A stretch of 64,000 nt of DNA, from positions 6,634,001 through 6,698,000 of the forward strand of contig CM022676.1 of assembly GCA_012295275.1 (NCBI GenBank). The letters run 5' to 3'. Source of the DNA: Chrysomallon squamiferum (taxonomy: Eukaryota; Animalia; Mollusca). A program made the translations under genes and the position numbers. The notes beneath the pieces were generated by a model that had not been told where the DNA came from, did not search any database, and worked only from the letters and a program-made list of their open reading frames with translations. How positions within the stretch are numbered: the first letter of the stretch is position 1; the number at the start of each line of letters is the position of its first letter. Positions 1-14,852 of this stretch are shown here, one piece after another.

Positions 1-855
1 CCCAACAACTATCTCTACAGAAGTCTATTATTTTTCACTGAAACCCAATAAACAAAATGAAAGAAAGAAAGAAAAAAAAAAAACAACAACAACAAAAAAA
101 TCACCTATTACATAGAAACGCAATAAAGAAAATTTAAAAAAAAAAAAAAAAAATAATAAAATGAACCTCCATTAAATTCCACAGAGTTTGTTTGATTAAA
201 AAGTGTATATAAATCATGTTGTCAGCTACAAATACAGTTTCTTATCACAAAGTGATCAACTGTAGGAGATGACACTAATTGTTGCATGCTCCAGGGAGAA
301 ATTTAATCGAGGCAGATGTTCTCAGGACTGGAGAGATCTCCAGATAAATTTAGACTGTGTAATGTCTTGGTGGGATGATCTCAGTCAAAGTTCTGTTTAA
401 AAATAAGTTAATATTTAGCCGTTTGAGTTGTGTATTAATTTTTTCACAAGTGATTAATATTTTAACACGTTCAACTTCAGTTCAAATTTTATATACCTTT
501 ATTAGTTTACAGTATTCCTTATTAATTTTTTTTTTTCTACTCATTCTAATAATAATAATAATAATAAAAAATAACAGCAACAACAATATGTTAATGATAA
601 TAATGATGATGATGATGATGATAATAGCAAAAATTGTAACATGTTAATAATAACAACAGTAGTGTGGTAATGATAATGATAGTAAAAACAACAAGTACTG
701 TTACTACTGCTACTACTACATTGACAACAACAACAAAAATATTTAATTACTTATAGAAAACATATTTTACTACTAATGAAGTATGCTAGTGATATAGAGA
801 CCCATCAAATTGTACTGCTACAACAACTATTATTATCAGTAACAAAAATAATAAC

Positions 856-892
<37 letters not shown>

Positions 893-1241
893 GTTACAAC
901 AACAACAACAACAACTTAACAATAACAACGACAATAGTTTATTTATTTTGGAAAACAATCTTTGCTAATCATGAAGTATGCTAGTGATATAAAGTTATAT
1001 GAACCCTGTCATTAATCATTTTAATCTACTAGAACTATTTCTGTTACTACAACTACAACTACTGCTTCTACTACTACCACCACCACTACTGCTACTAATA
1101 TTAATAATAATGATGGTACTGTTAATAACAGTGATAATAACAGCAACAACAACAGCAATAATAATAATAATAATAATATTATAATGAAGATGATGATAAT
1201 GTTAATAATTGTTTAACCCTGCTTTTAATTCTATTTTTCAG

Positions 1242-1364
1242 ATAGTGGATCAAAGAGAGACTAAAAGAAAGAACAAATTTTTTTAATAATAAAACAAAAA
1301 ATAAAAATAATAACAAGAAAGGAAAAAAAGGAAATCTTAAATTTCAAAATTTCAAAATTTCAAA
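1242..1364 (+). other. Splice acceptor and 5' UTR part of the coding exon of the acylated AKAP-like gene
   Basis: Pyrimidine tract ...ttctatttttcAG ends at 1241. It is followed by an A-rich leader with three aatttcaa units and the AAAATGG start at 1365. This implies an upstream non-coding exon that was not identified. Confidence 0.6.
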
Positions 1365-3643
1365 ATGGGAAACTTGTGCTCAGGATCGAAACAAGCCAAA
1401 AAGGAGGCTGCGGAGGACAACATGATCTACGAGAAAAAACCGAAAGACGAAAGTGCTCCTTCTGACCAGCCACCAGAGGGAGCCACTGCCGAAGCAGGGA
1501 AGGAAGGGGAAGGTAATGCGGACGACTCTCCGACAAAGTCTATAGCAGAAAAAAATGCCGAGACTCGCGAGAGTTGGATGGCTGGGGCGCAGAAGTTGAT
1601 AGACGAATCAGCGACAAGAGAAATCCAAGCCAAGAGTCAGAAGATTCACGAGAGCTTGGCTCAGAAGGCCAAACAGGCAGAACAGGACCTCGCAGAGGCT
1701 GGCGAGGAAGTCAAGGACGAAGTCGCCGAGGCTGGCGAGAAGGTTAAAGACGACGTGATTGCTAAAGTGGAAGAAGTGAAAGACGATGTGACCCAGAACG
1801 TCAAAGAGACAATTGAGAAAGTCAAAACAGAAGTGACAACCAAAGGTGAGGAGATTCAAGCCAGTATAGGCGGCTTTGTTAAAGGGGTCACAGACCAGGG
1901 GAAAGCAGCTGCTGCTGAAACTGCTGTTGCGGTTGAAGATGTTAAAGTAGGAATTGAAGAAGAGGCAGCAAAAACAAAGGACAAGGCCGAGTCCGTAGCT
2001 GAGACTGTGACCACACAGGTGTCTGAAAAGGTTGACGATGTTCAAGCAGCTGCTGCTGCTGGTGTTGAGAAGGTTGAAAGTAAAGTCGATGAAGTGTCAA
2101 CACAAGTTGCTGACAAAGCAGAAGAAGTGAAAAAAGAAGGAGAGGAGTTGAAAACCTCTGTTCAGTCAAGCATAGCTCAACAAACTGAAAAGGCTGAGAC
2201 TCGGGTAACAGAATTAACCGAGTCAGCTGAAGAAAAAATGAAAAATGTTGCAGCTGAAGTAGAATCAAAGAAAGAAGAGGTGGTGGCTGGCGTGGCCGCC
2301 GCCAAAACAGAAATAGAATCTTCTGTCGACCAGCAGAAGGAAAACTTACAAAATGTAATCTCCGAGGCTTCACAAAAGGTGGAACATACCAAAGAAGAAA
2401 TAACCTCAACCACACAGGACATGAAGGATAAAGCAGAGCAAAGTGTGAAAAATGTCATCGAAGATGTAGGGTCGGAGGTCGATGCTAAAAGCCAGGTAAT
2501 CGAATCATCAGTTGATAGGATTAGTGACGAAGTTAATCAAGCAGGCAAGGCTGTAGGTGAAGCTGCCACTCAGAAAGCAGAGAATGTCAAAACCGCTACC
2601 CAGGAAATTGTTGAATCAGGTGAAAAGAAAATTAATGAAAATATTTCTGCTGCAGAAGAAAATCTTGCCTCTGCAGCATCGGAAATTAAAGAGAAAGCTT
2701 CCGAAAGTTTTCCCGTCCCACCACCTCCGTATTCAGGAGATGAGTACAAATTTGATCAGATTATAGAAGATCTTGATAAGAGTAAACCCACGTCAGCGGA
2801 GTTAGCCGAAGAGTTGTCGAACATCGCAACACCCGTTTCCATAGATCGACAAAACTCCGAGCTGGAAAATGTTCAGCGGGAACAAATTGAGGTGAAGAAG
2901 AAGAGCGAATTCAAAGTGTCTGCCGAAGATTTCATGAAAGACCTTCCCTCAGAGCTTCCACCTCCACCTCCACCACCACCAGAATACAACCAGGAAGATC
3001 CCATCGTCAAGGACTTCGTTTCCGACCTCATAGAAACGGCAAAGTCGGCCGTGACAACGTCCGATTTCCTCGGCTCTTCCGTGGATGCTGAGCCGTCCAG
3101 TGAAAACCTGCCGGCTCCGAGTTCTGACCTGATGGATTTCACCGAGAAAAGTGGAGAACCGAGCACCCAGCAGGAAAAGAAGGGCAACGAAAACCAGACG
3201 AGGGCCGAAGACAACATGATAGAACACATCGCCAGTCAGGTCACCTCGCAGGTAGTCGAGGAGGCAATGAAAATAGTCGCGGCAGACAGTGGAAACAATC
3301 CCGGATCTGACCAGTCGGAACAGGACATGAGTGGATCCATGTCCTCGACTTCGCCCACTGGGAGTCTTCAGTCTCCTGCCAACGAAAAGCGCCAGTTGCT
3401 GAAAGCAACCTCAGCGATGCTGAGAAGATTCAGCAAATGGCTGACGGAGACTCTGGGAGTGAGGTGGATCCTCCTGGTCTCCTGGTTAACAGTGTCGAAG
3501 GAAAAGAAAATAGCAGCAGCTTGCCAGTTAATCCCAGTGTTAATGGAAATGCAGATCCCTCTTCAGAAACTGTCGCAAAGTTGTCTGAACAAGAAACTGC
3601 TGCCTCATCATCGGTAGATGTCCAAAAAGAAGCCATTATTTAA
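1365..3643 (+). CDS. Acidic E/A/K/V-rich ~759-aa protein with dual-acylation N-terminus, 11-mer helical repeats, PPxY motifs and AKAP-like helices; single coding exon with a 1-bp frameshift at ~3385-3388
   Basis: A 750-codon GC-richer ORF in a very AT-rich background, starting AAAATGG. N-terminus is MGNLCSGSK (G2, C5, S6). After ...SPANEK the track ORF turns atypical (RQLLKATSAMLRRFSKWL). The alternative frame continues the acidic composition (APVAESNLSDAEKIQQMADGDSGSEVDPPG...VQKEAII*) to TAA at 3641-3643. One extra A in the run at 3385-3388 restores a single ORF. Confidence 0.85.
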
Positions 3644-3695
3644 AAAAAAAAAAAAATCATAATAATAATAATAATAATCTATTGTGTATGTATAT

Positions 3696-3734
<39 letters not shown>

Positions 3735-3894
3735 CAAAATATCTTACTGAATTATCCCTCTCACCCTGGCAGGCTATCACAGTGTAAAAGAGACTACTGA
3801 AGTAATGGAAACATCATCAGTGTCAATCTTGGTTAAACTTGTGAGTGATATACTTTTTTTAACCAGTATCAAAACTCCGAAAGCAGGAACCAGT

Positions 3895-4200
3895 ACAGTT
3901 TGTGCAAAATTAGGAATCAATGTGGTTGTAATTTGTGCAAAATTGGAAAATCAACATGGTTGTAGTTTGTGCAAGTTCAAGAAATCAACATGGTTGTAGT
4001 TTGTGCAAATTCAAGAAATAGTATGGGTTGTTGTTTGTGCAAAATACAGAATAAATATGGTTGCATGTTGTGCAAATTCAGGAATCCTTATGTTTGTAGT
4101 TTTGTGAAAAATTATGAATCAGTATGGTTGTAGTTTGTGCAGAATCAAAAACCTGCGTGGTTAAATCTTGTGCAAAAATCAGGAAATGACTGTTTCTGCA
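3895..4200 (+). repeat. Degenerate ~35-bp minisatellite (tggttgtagtttgtgcaaa..) in the probable 3' UTR
   Basis: About 8-9 copies of the ttgtgcaaa core, each preceded by tggttg. Confidence 0.8.
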
Positions 4201-7200
4201 AAAAATAAAAATGGAGTTGATGTTATTTTTGGGGGTTGGGGTGGAGGAAATGGGCAACATTTCAAATCGTAACAGTTGTATTTTTGCAAAACCAGGAATC
4301 AGAATTCTTTTTATTTTATTTTTTTTTTTTTTTACAAATTATGAACCAATTGCTTGTTGTATTATTTATTTATTTATTTATTTAGAGTATTTAGTGCAAA
4401 ACCAGGAAAGAAATTGATTTTATTTCTGCAAAACCAGGAATTAGTATAATGGTGTTTTTTTTTTAAATTAATTTTGTAAAATGAGAAACAATATGTCTAT
4501 ACTTTATTTTTATTTTTATTTTTATAAATTTTGTATATTTTTCCCTTTATTTTATTTTAATGTTTTTAATTTTGTATTTTATTCTATATTTGGTTGTGAG
4601 GTGGGTTTTTTTCTTCCCATTCTGCAACTAGATAGTATGAAATGATTAAGCTGACATGATGAAGATGTGTAGGAGGAAGGTATTGTACGATGTGTCTGGG
4701 CAACAAGAGAAAGCACTTCAGTGTGCCAGGGTCTTCTTCCTGGAACAATCTGAACCCACATGAAAAAAAAAAAAATTTGTTTACAAGTATCTGTTAAGTG
4801 ATTCAGTTACGAAAAACTAAAGAATGAACTTGGTTCCTGTTCTTTGCCACCTTACAATCAAGATAATGTGTACACGACAGACGTGCTTGAACCTCCTAAT
4901 GAATATAAGCTTGTGAGAGATGTTTAGAAGATTGAGTGAACTCCTTAGTTTTTTTTTTTTACTTTTTTTTTTTTACTTTTATGTTCCTGTTCGTTTTCTC
5001 GAGCTGTAAATTGGAGGATATTTTTTGAACTGACATCCACATTATTATCTTCCATTGTTGAAAAAATAAATATTGTAATTGTGTATTTCAAATGAAAAGA
5101 AACATCAAACATCTGAAAGTTGCAGGAAAGAAAGACATCAAGACCAGAACTAGAAATATTTATTTGCAAAAATGTCTCGAGAGAAAAACAGAATGTGAAA
5201 TGAGATATTGGTCTAGACTGTTCTGGAATACATACTTCTATCGGAGAAGATTGTTTCGAAATACATCTAACTGATCATATTAAAATATATCTAACTGATC
5301 GTATTGAAATATATTCAACTGATCACGCTGGAATATATTCAACTGACAAATCACCGTGAAATACATTTAACAAAAAGACTTAATCAAGCAAATTTTATTT
5401 TGAAATATTTTTGATTAGTTTTACTCTCTCCAATGGGATCTTAATGTGCCTTTTTTCATCGATGACAATTTATCTTTCTGCCAGACACTGTACCAAGTCC
5501 ATCGACCTTCAACCCAGGGATAGATCAATAGAAAACTGTCTGAAGATGAATGTTGGGTGACACGTTAGTTGAATTTACACAAACTTGGTATGCGAGAGTT
5601 CTGCGTTTGCGAGAGTTTTACACTCTTGTAATGGAGTTTTATTGGATTAACGATTTCACAAAGGACTTTTTTTTTTGTTACTACAACGATTACTGCCTTT
5701 GTACTGATAATTACTTCTGTCTCATTGTCAAGAATTATTATTATTATTTTTTTTTTAAGTCTATTTTATTGGATATAGTTTAAAAAGATTTTTTTTTTTT
5801 TAAAAAAAGAAAAAATGTGAACTTTGATTATTTACTTTGTGGTGCATCCTTATCTTAATGTTTTAATATTTTTTGTGTTTTTTGTTTGTTTATTCGGTTG
5901 TTGTCTCTAGTAGTACTTTGTTGAATAGATAATATGTGTTTATATAGTCTAATGTATAATCTGTTAATTTCAGAAAAATATTTCTCAAATATCTTGTCCG
6001 TATTATTAATTATTTTTTGTCTTGGATTTAAATACACCAGAATTATTTTATTATTATGTTTCAGTCATTCATAATTAATCCATAATAATTAATTAATTAT
6101 TAGTAGGTATTATTCTTGAAAAATATATATATACATATATATATATCCTTTAACAAAAATGGTCTCTCGGAAAGTTAAGAAAAATTAGAATCTAGTTAAC
6201 AATTTATGATAATTACTTTATATCATTTTCATTAATATGTGTGTCTAAATTTGCACGATAAGGAAAAACAAATGAAATTAAAAAATATATATATATATAT
6301 CTTGGTTTGCTCATCCCTTTTCGGGAATGATTAATCATTCAGTTCAGCTGAATTAAACTGACAAAGCTGGAGGGGTAAGCGAAACCATCGCGGCGTTTTT
6401 CAATTAAGCTTTGTGGATTATTTTACCATCTCCCTGTATTTGTTCACAGAATGTTTTTCATCTGTCTCAGTGGTCAGAAAGTTTTGTCAAAAGCAGGTTT
6501 AATCTTGAACTTGTCATGCACGGGGAAAATGGTTCTTAGCATGATAACAGATTACGTTTAACAAGCATGTTAGAATAAATGTTTAAAATATAATAATAAA
6601 TAGAAAGAAAGTAGAGAAAAAAATTAATAGTAAAAAAAAATAGTAATAAATAAATAAATAAATAAATAATAAATAATAATACAAAAGAAAAGAAGAAAAA
6701 CAATCCCAAAAAGTCCCAGTATTACAGTGTTTTTCATATATTTATATATATATATATATAATATTAATATTCTGGGATTAAAAAAAAAGATAATGTTAAC
6801 TAGATATATATCTAACTTTTTTTTTTTAATTTTTTATTAAAACATATTAAAAAAAAATACTTCACAAATATTTCATGCAGATTTGTTATTCAAGAACTTG
6901 AATTCAACTAAAATATTTAAAAAAAATATTAATTATATAGCAACAGTTCAGACTTAAATTCACAGAGGACATTGATACAGTCTGAAATGTGATCCAGTGA
7001 TTATAAAGACACCTTAGTGCTGAATATATTTATTAATAGATTTTTTCCTAATTAAAAGAGGATGCAATGATATCCATGTAGTAACATTGTACGAATCCTC
7101 AGACTTCAGTCAGATAGAATTTACATGCTGGATCACTATGAAATTTCAGTACATTGTGAATAACAAGGAAGAAAATCAATACAAATCTGGTCACAGTCCG

Positions 7201-7449
7201 AAAAATTTAGTGCCTCCTTTCTCTCACGACTCCTAATCAGATCATTCCATGGCCAGTGCACAGGTTTAAAAGCTAGAGTGCCATTTTATTTTTTCACCCA
7301 TCTTTTAACACATACTAGAGTGGTGAGTGTAAAAAGGTTAACTCGTAGAAAGTTACTATTAATTTTTGTGTGTGTTAATAGTGAAATAATCAGTATTAAA
7401 AGATCAGAAAAGGGTTTTTTTTTTTTTTTTTTTTTTTTTTTGCCTGAGG

Positions 7450-7825
7450 TAAAATTGTGACTTTTAAAATCCAAGTTTGTCTGAAATAGTGACTTTCAAA
7501 ATTTAAGTTCTGATGGTGTCTAAAACAGTGACTTTCAAAATCTGTGATCAGATTTTTTTTCTACAATAGTGACTTTCAAAATCATTTAAACATAGTGATT
7601 TTGAAATAATTTTAATAATGATTGAAATAATGACTTCTGAAATCAATGTTCTAATGATGTCTAAAATAGTGATTCTTAAAATGTAAGATTTAGTATTGCC
7701 TACAATAATGACTTACAAAATCAAAGTTCTAACAATGTCTAAAATAGAGATTCTTAAAACATAAGATTTGTTATTGTCTACAATAGTAACTTAGTTCTGA
7801 TGATGATGTCTGATACAGTGACTGA
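7450..7825 (+). repeat. Degenerate ~40-bp minisatellite (atagtgactttcaaaat...tgtct)
   Basis: Recurring aatagtgac/t and caaaat motifs at roughly regular spacing. Confidence 0.7.
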
Positions 7826-7961
7826 GATCTGATTTCTGAGATTCTTCAGGAGTGGCAGACCAGTTTATTAATGTATTGACTGTAATAAGTCAGTTCCCAA
7901 GTGCCAATAACCACATAGTATAGGAAACTGCCCAGTTCAGTAGCCATCTTGTTCATTGTCA

Positions 7962-7997
<36 letters not shown>

Positions 7998-9382
7998 TTG
8001 TATGATGATTTTATTTCTTTTTCATTTCTTTATTGTTTGCAATGTTTCCCTTGGTCAGTATATGATTATTATTTTTCATTAATCAGTCTTAGGTTCTTTG
8101 ATTTGAACTGATTAGCCATTGGCCTGTTCTGATATTTGGTCATTTGTAGTCAACGGTGGTCAGTATTGGTCAGTGTTTTAGATATTTCAGGATATTCTAG
8201 AAAGGTGAAAAACTAGGCGTACATATTGCAAGACTGTCTCAAGCATAAAAAGATTTATCATAAACCATTGAAATTGCAGATTATAATAGACAATGCACAT
8301 TACAGTATACTAACACATTAAGTAGGTCATTTCAATATTTAACACTGTTTTTACAAAAGTACAGTCATTTAAAAACAATGGCAGCTTCATACACAAATGT
8401 TGTCTATAGAAATGGACAAAAACCTCACAAACATTCATTCATATTCACATTACAAGATAAGTAAACATTAAATATATTGTTTTAGCAATTTAGCACTTTA
8501 TCCTTGAACAACAACAACAAAAAAATATATATATATAATATTAAATACTTAGAAAAATATTTATTATTTCTTATCTGTCTTTCAAGGTTCTGAAACTGCA
8601 TAATACAACTCGAGTTCTGTTGATTCTAACTGAAACATATTTAGTTTATCTTTGAGGGTTTTATAGGTTGTTTTTTTTTGACAAGAACTTCAGAATTAAT
8701 AGCATTTCTCAAATATCTCTCTGCATAACCTATATTCTTCACAACTGTTCCGTTGTTCCATGATTCAAGATAACCAAATAATGGTTCTTTTTAATTTTAT
8801 TATTATTTGTAAGTTGTAATCTACAGTAGGTTTTTTTCAGATAACAATACAGAAATCTCCTTTATTGTTAAACCAGTATGTTCAGCACAAATGTTATTGG
8901 ATAACATAAAAACATCTTTCTTATTATTATTATTATTTTTTATTACTATTATTATCAATGTTCAACACGATTGTTTTCAGAAAACAATATAAAAATCTTT
9001 ATTATTATTATTACCCTAAGTTCAACAAATCTTTTTAGAAAACAATATAAAAATCTTTATTATTATTATTACTATGTATATTCAACACAAGCAAGGTTTT
9101 GTTCCTGATTACAGAAGAATCTCTGTCGGTTATTAAATCATTTCTCTCCAGCCAGAAGCTTCAGCCAGTATTGATAAACTTGGTCAATGCAGCATTCTTT
9201 CATCCTGGTAATCTTTGTTTCTGGGGTCGTTAGGCAGATGTTTGGCAAAGTAAACTAGTTCTCGTGATAACCTGCTTTACTCAACCTTTCAAAGCCTGTC
9301 CTTCTGTTTTTTCTCTTACTCTTTCTGTTTCTGTCATGAATGCATATTCCATGACCCATCTCATTTTCTGAATCTCTCTTTA

Positions 9383-9416
<34 letters not shown>

Positions 9417-9702
9417 TCTGTCTGACTGGGTCTATGTCTCAGTCTCTCTCTCTCTCTCTCTCTCTGCTTTCTGTTTCTTTCTTTCTTTTTTTCTGTGTTT
9501 GGCATTTCTTTTTATTAATTTTTCTCTATCTCCAAGAGTCATTATTAATTTGTCATTGACTATACAACTGTTGTTTATTTACCTACCTGTCTCTCTACAG
9601 ATATAATCTATAGATCAGATAACTTACTTACCAATCAATATGTTAGTCTGTATCTTTTACCTGTCACTGTCTTTCTGACAGCATGTCTGTCTATGTACTG
9701 TT

Positions 9703-9738
<36 letters not shown>

Positions 9739-10249
9739 CTTCCTCCTTCTCTCCTTCTCTCTCTCTCTCTCTCCTCCATCAGATAATCACTGTTAAACTA
9801 GTTCTGCCATAATCTCAATACTTGACCTTTTCAGACCTCTTCCCATCCCAACCATATTGTTTTAGTGTTAACCTACATAACCACCATGTTAATGATTAAT
9901 CTGCAAACTAGTTCACCTGGGTGTGAGCTGTAAACAAGGTGATATGTGCCAAAGATTCCTGTTTCCATGGAATCCTTGTGTTATTTATTTATTCATTTTT
10001 GGGTTGTTGTTTTTTTTTGTTTTTTTTGTCTGTGAAGATGAAGGATAGATTACGTTATTGTTATTTTTTTATTATTTATCTTGAGAAAGAGAGAGACAGA
10101 CAGAGAGAGAGAGAGAGACAGAGAGTAGTAATTTTGTTGGTTGTGAGTATTGGTATGTTGAGAGCTGGGATAATTACAGAAATGTGGGCTGCAGTTTATG
10201 AATTGTTTATTCTCTCTTATTTTTAGCCAGGAATATGTTCATTAATATA

Positions 10250-11520
<1,271 letters not shown>

Positions 11521-14500
11521 GAATTATATAAGTGTGTGTTATACCCATATTTTAGATATACTCCAACCTACATATATGTTTAGTTTTGATCTGTGTGTTT
11601 GTGGAGAGAGAGAGAAAGAAAGAACAAGAGAGTAACATAGAGAGAAAGAAAGAAAGAAACAGAAAGACAGAGAGGCACTAAAATATCATCTTTACTATTA
11701 GAACAAGAGAATTCTTCAAAGGGACATAGTTACAACAATAATAACTTAATAAGAATATTAGCTATATTAAAAATACTGACAATAACATAATTATAATATT
11801 TCTAAAACTCCACTTTGAAACAAGTAACCAACCAGTTTTGAGAATCTCATTCGAAATACTTCACAAACAAACAAATTAATAAATTAACGCATTTCTCACT
11901 TGCTCGCAATACACGTGCTTGTCCCAGATGATCAACAATTAATTATTTAGACTTTCGACAAGATGTCTTCACGCAATCAGACACACGAAGTGAGAAAGCT
12001 ATATGATATTAATACGCACTGCCACTCCATTTTAATTATCCAAATGAAACAGTTTCAGCAGATTTTGTTTCATTTAACCTCAAGTCTTTAACCCTCAGAT
12101 AGCAGTAAATATAAGTAGATGATGCCCAGACATTGAACTGTAGAAAGGTGTCGTGTCAGCAAAATCTATTATAACTTGATATATTATTATGATTTCTAAA
12201 GCAAAACTTTTTGTCTATGGAAGACCCAGACTGTGTACTAGACTGATGAAAATCATACGAGAGATTTTATTAGAACTAGATGTATTTTAACATCTGAAAG
12301 AAAATGTTTTAATTATGATAGAAATAGATGAGACTAAGGCATTTGTCCTGAACTGATGAAAATGTGATACGATATAAATCAGAGATTCTGTTATAACTAG
12401 ATGTATTATTACTTATAAAAAGAAAACTTTTAACTATGGTAGAAGTTGATGATATACCACAGGCATTGTACTGGACTGACAAAAACACAAAAGATACACG
12501 AGAAATTCTATTCTAATTCACTGAATATAGATCTATACAGAACATATTGAAATTATGACTGTAAGATATTTGAGACATGAATCAAAATAGTTACAAAATA
12601 GTATTGAAATTAGACAAAATATCAGTTATTAAATTTTTTTTTATAAATAATAACTCATCTCTTTCTCTATCTCACTGGTGTGTACTGGTTAAACAGTTGT
12701 TTTAGTATCACTAGGTATCTGGTTCAAGTCTCAGTACTTGCTTCTATCCAGACATGTGGAGGAGTAAAACCAGTTCAGTTTTTCTTCTCTCAAACTAATA
12801 TACTAACATAGTAACTCAGTTAAACCTAACACTCCAACACTAAACTTAAGTAAAAATCCATTTTAGCTTTAAAAATTGGACAGAATCCTAACTTAGTGTC
12901 CTAATTTGTATAAAACTGAACATCTTGAGTTAATTAACAGATACCTGTATAACTTTGAACATATTGGGGTTTTTTATTATTATTATTATTATTTTTTATT
13001 TTATTATTATTACTATTACTATTATTATTGTTATTATTATTTATTTTTTATTTTATTATTTGATTCATATTATTATTTTTTTTATTATTATTTTATCAGT
13101 TTATCAGTCACAGACTTATTATCATTATTTTTTTTTTTTTTAATATTTTTGTTCAGGATATCAAAGTTCATGTTAAAAGTTCACATAGTTAATCTTATTT
13201 CATCCTTTGATAAGGCAATAATGTTATTTTCTCATACACAAAATTTAATTTTTTTTTTTTTTTTTTTTTTGTCACTGTGTAATAATGTGAAAAAGAGAAG
13301 GAAAGCAGTTTTGTTTACAATTTTAATTAAGTTATTTTACATATATTCTTTATTGTATTTGTTTTTGGTGGCTGAATTTTTACATATATTTACTTATGTA
13401 TTTTTGTATTCTAGAGCTATGTAGTCTGTTATATGAATTTTTCAAAGCATTATAACCACACATTATTGCTTTTTCTATATATAAAACTTTAAAAGACCTC
13501 AATTTTTTGGCATACACTGTTTTATATTCATACAATTTCAAATACATCTGGTATACAAATTTTTCAAAGCATTATAACAATACATTTTGGCTTTTTTGTA
13601 TACATAAAACTTTAAAAAACGCTAACTTTTGCATATACAATTTTATATGCATGTATTTTCACATACTATCACAGTAATCTGCTTTATTAACATTTCAAAG
13701 CATTACACCCCTTGTTTTGGCTTTTTCTATACATAAATTTGAAAAGGCCATAATTTTTACTCACATTGTTACAATGCTGTACTTAATTTTCACCTTTTAA
13801 TGCACGCAACAATGACTTGTTCACAATATAGCATTCAAATATGTGACTTTCATACGCAGAACTGTACCATTTCATGTTTCTCCCAGTTTTTCATTTTTTA
13901 TTTCATTAGTTTTCTGTCTTGCACAGTATCTGCTGTCATTTCTCTGATAATCAAATATTCATGAATATTAATTACTGTCATTTCTCTGATAATCAAACAT
14001 TCATGAATATTAATTAGGTCCTTCGTGGTGTCCATAGGTCAGTTCATCTCTAAGTCAGATCTGACAATCTAGTGATAAGCAGTTCAGTATTAAAGAGAGT
14101 TGTCTAGTCTTTGGGAACATGCATTTAATATCTAAACAAAATCTGCATTGTCTAAACCATACACATATATTTTATATGTTATATGGATATCAGAATCTAC
14201 ATGAAATTTGCATTATCTAAGCCATCTCATAGGTATATCTTTTATACCTTGTATACTTATTTGCATTTTCGTAAAATTAGCATTATCTAAACCTTTTTTG
14301 GTATATCTTTTGTATGTTATATTGTTATCTGAATCTCAAAAACACTTGAAGTATCTGAACCTTGTAGGTGTATCTTTAGTATGTTGTATCACTACCTTTA
14401 TCTAAACAAATTTTGCTCAATCTAAACATTCTTGTAGGTATATCCTTTTTTTGTTATACCATCTGAATCTACACAAAATAAACATTATCTAAACCTCCTT

Positions 14501-14682
14501 CAATATCTAGCCCATATAGGTTAGATCATTATCTCTTTATCTGTACACAGACATACATCGATTTTCAACTGCTGGAAACACAATTGAATAACATTAGGAA
14601 TTTAGACTGTATTGATTTTAAGCCAGTAATTTTGATGGCATTCACTACATGACAGAAGATAAATTTTATTTAAATACTTTAA

Positions 14683-14852
14683 TCCTTTCATTGCTGTTGG
14701 AGAGAGATTTCAATATTACAGAAGGTTGGTGTTGATGAGATATCTTGACTGAACACACTAGTTTTATACAGTAGAGGTAAAAATAGGTAATTTTCTCAGA
14801 AACATGTGGTGCTTGGAAGAATGTGTTGCAACCAAATTTGGCACTGAAAGGG
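14683..14852. mobile_element. Possible piggyBac-type MITE (~170 bp)
   Basis: Flanked by TTAA at 14679-14682 and 14853-14856. Left end tcctttcattgctg versus reverse complement of right end ccctttcagtgcca (11/14 match). Confidence 0.5.

Noticed and set aside
3389-3617. C-terminus of the 750-aa track ORF (RQLLKATS...LPHHR) with an apparent hydrophobic segment
   Set aside because: Composition breaks abruptly; the alternative frame continues the acidic style, so this is probably an out-of-frame artefact.
1427-3636. Minus-strand ORFs overlapping the first gene
   Set aside because: Antisense shadows of a biased coding sequence.
12680-12745. ggttcaagtctc B-box-like sequence as a tRNA gene
   Set aside because: No cloverleaf could be folded; more likely a decayed SINE head.
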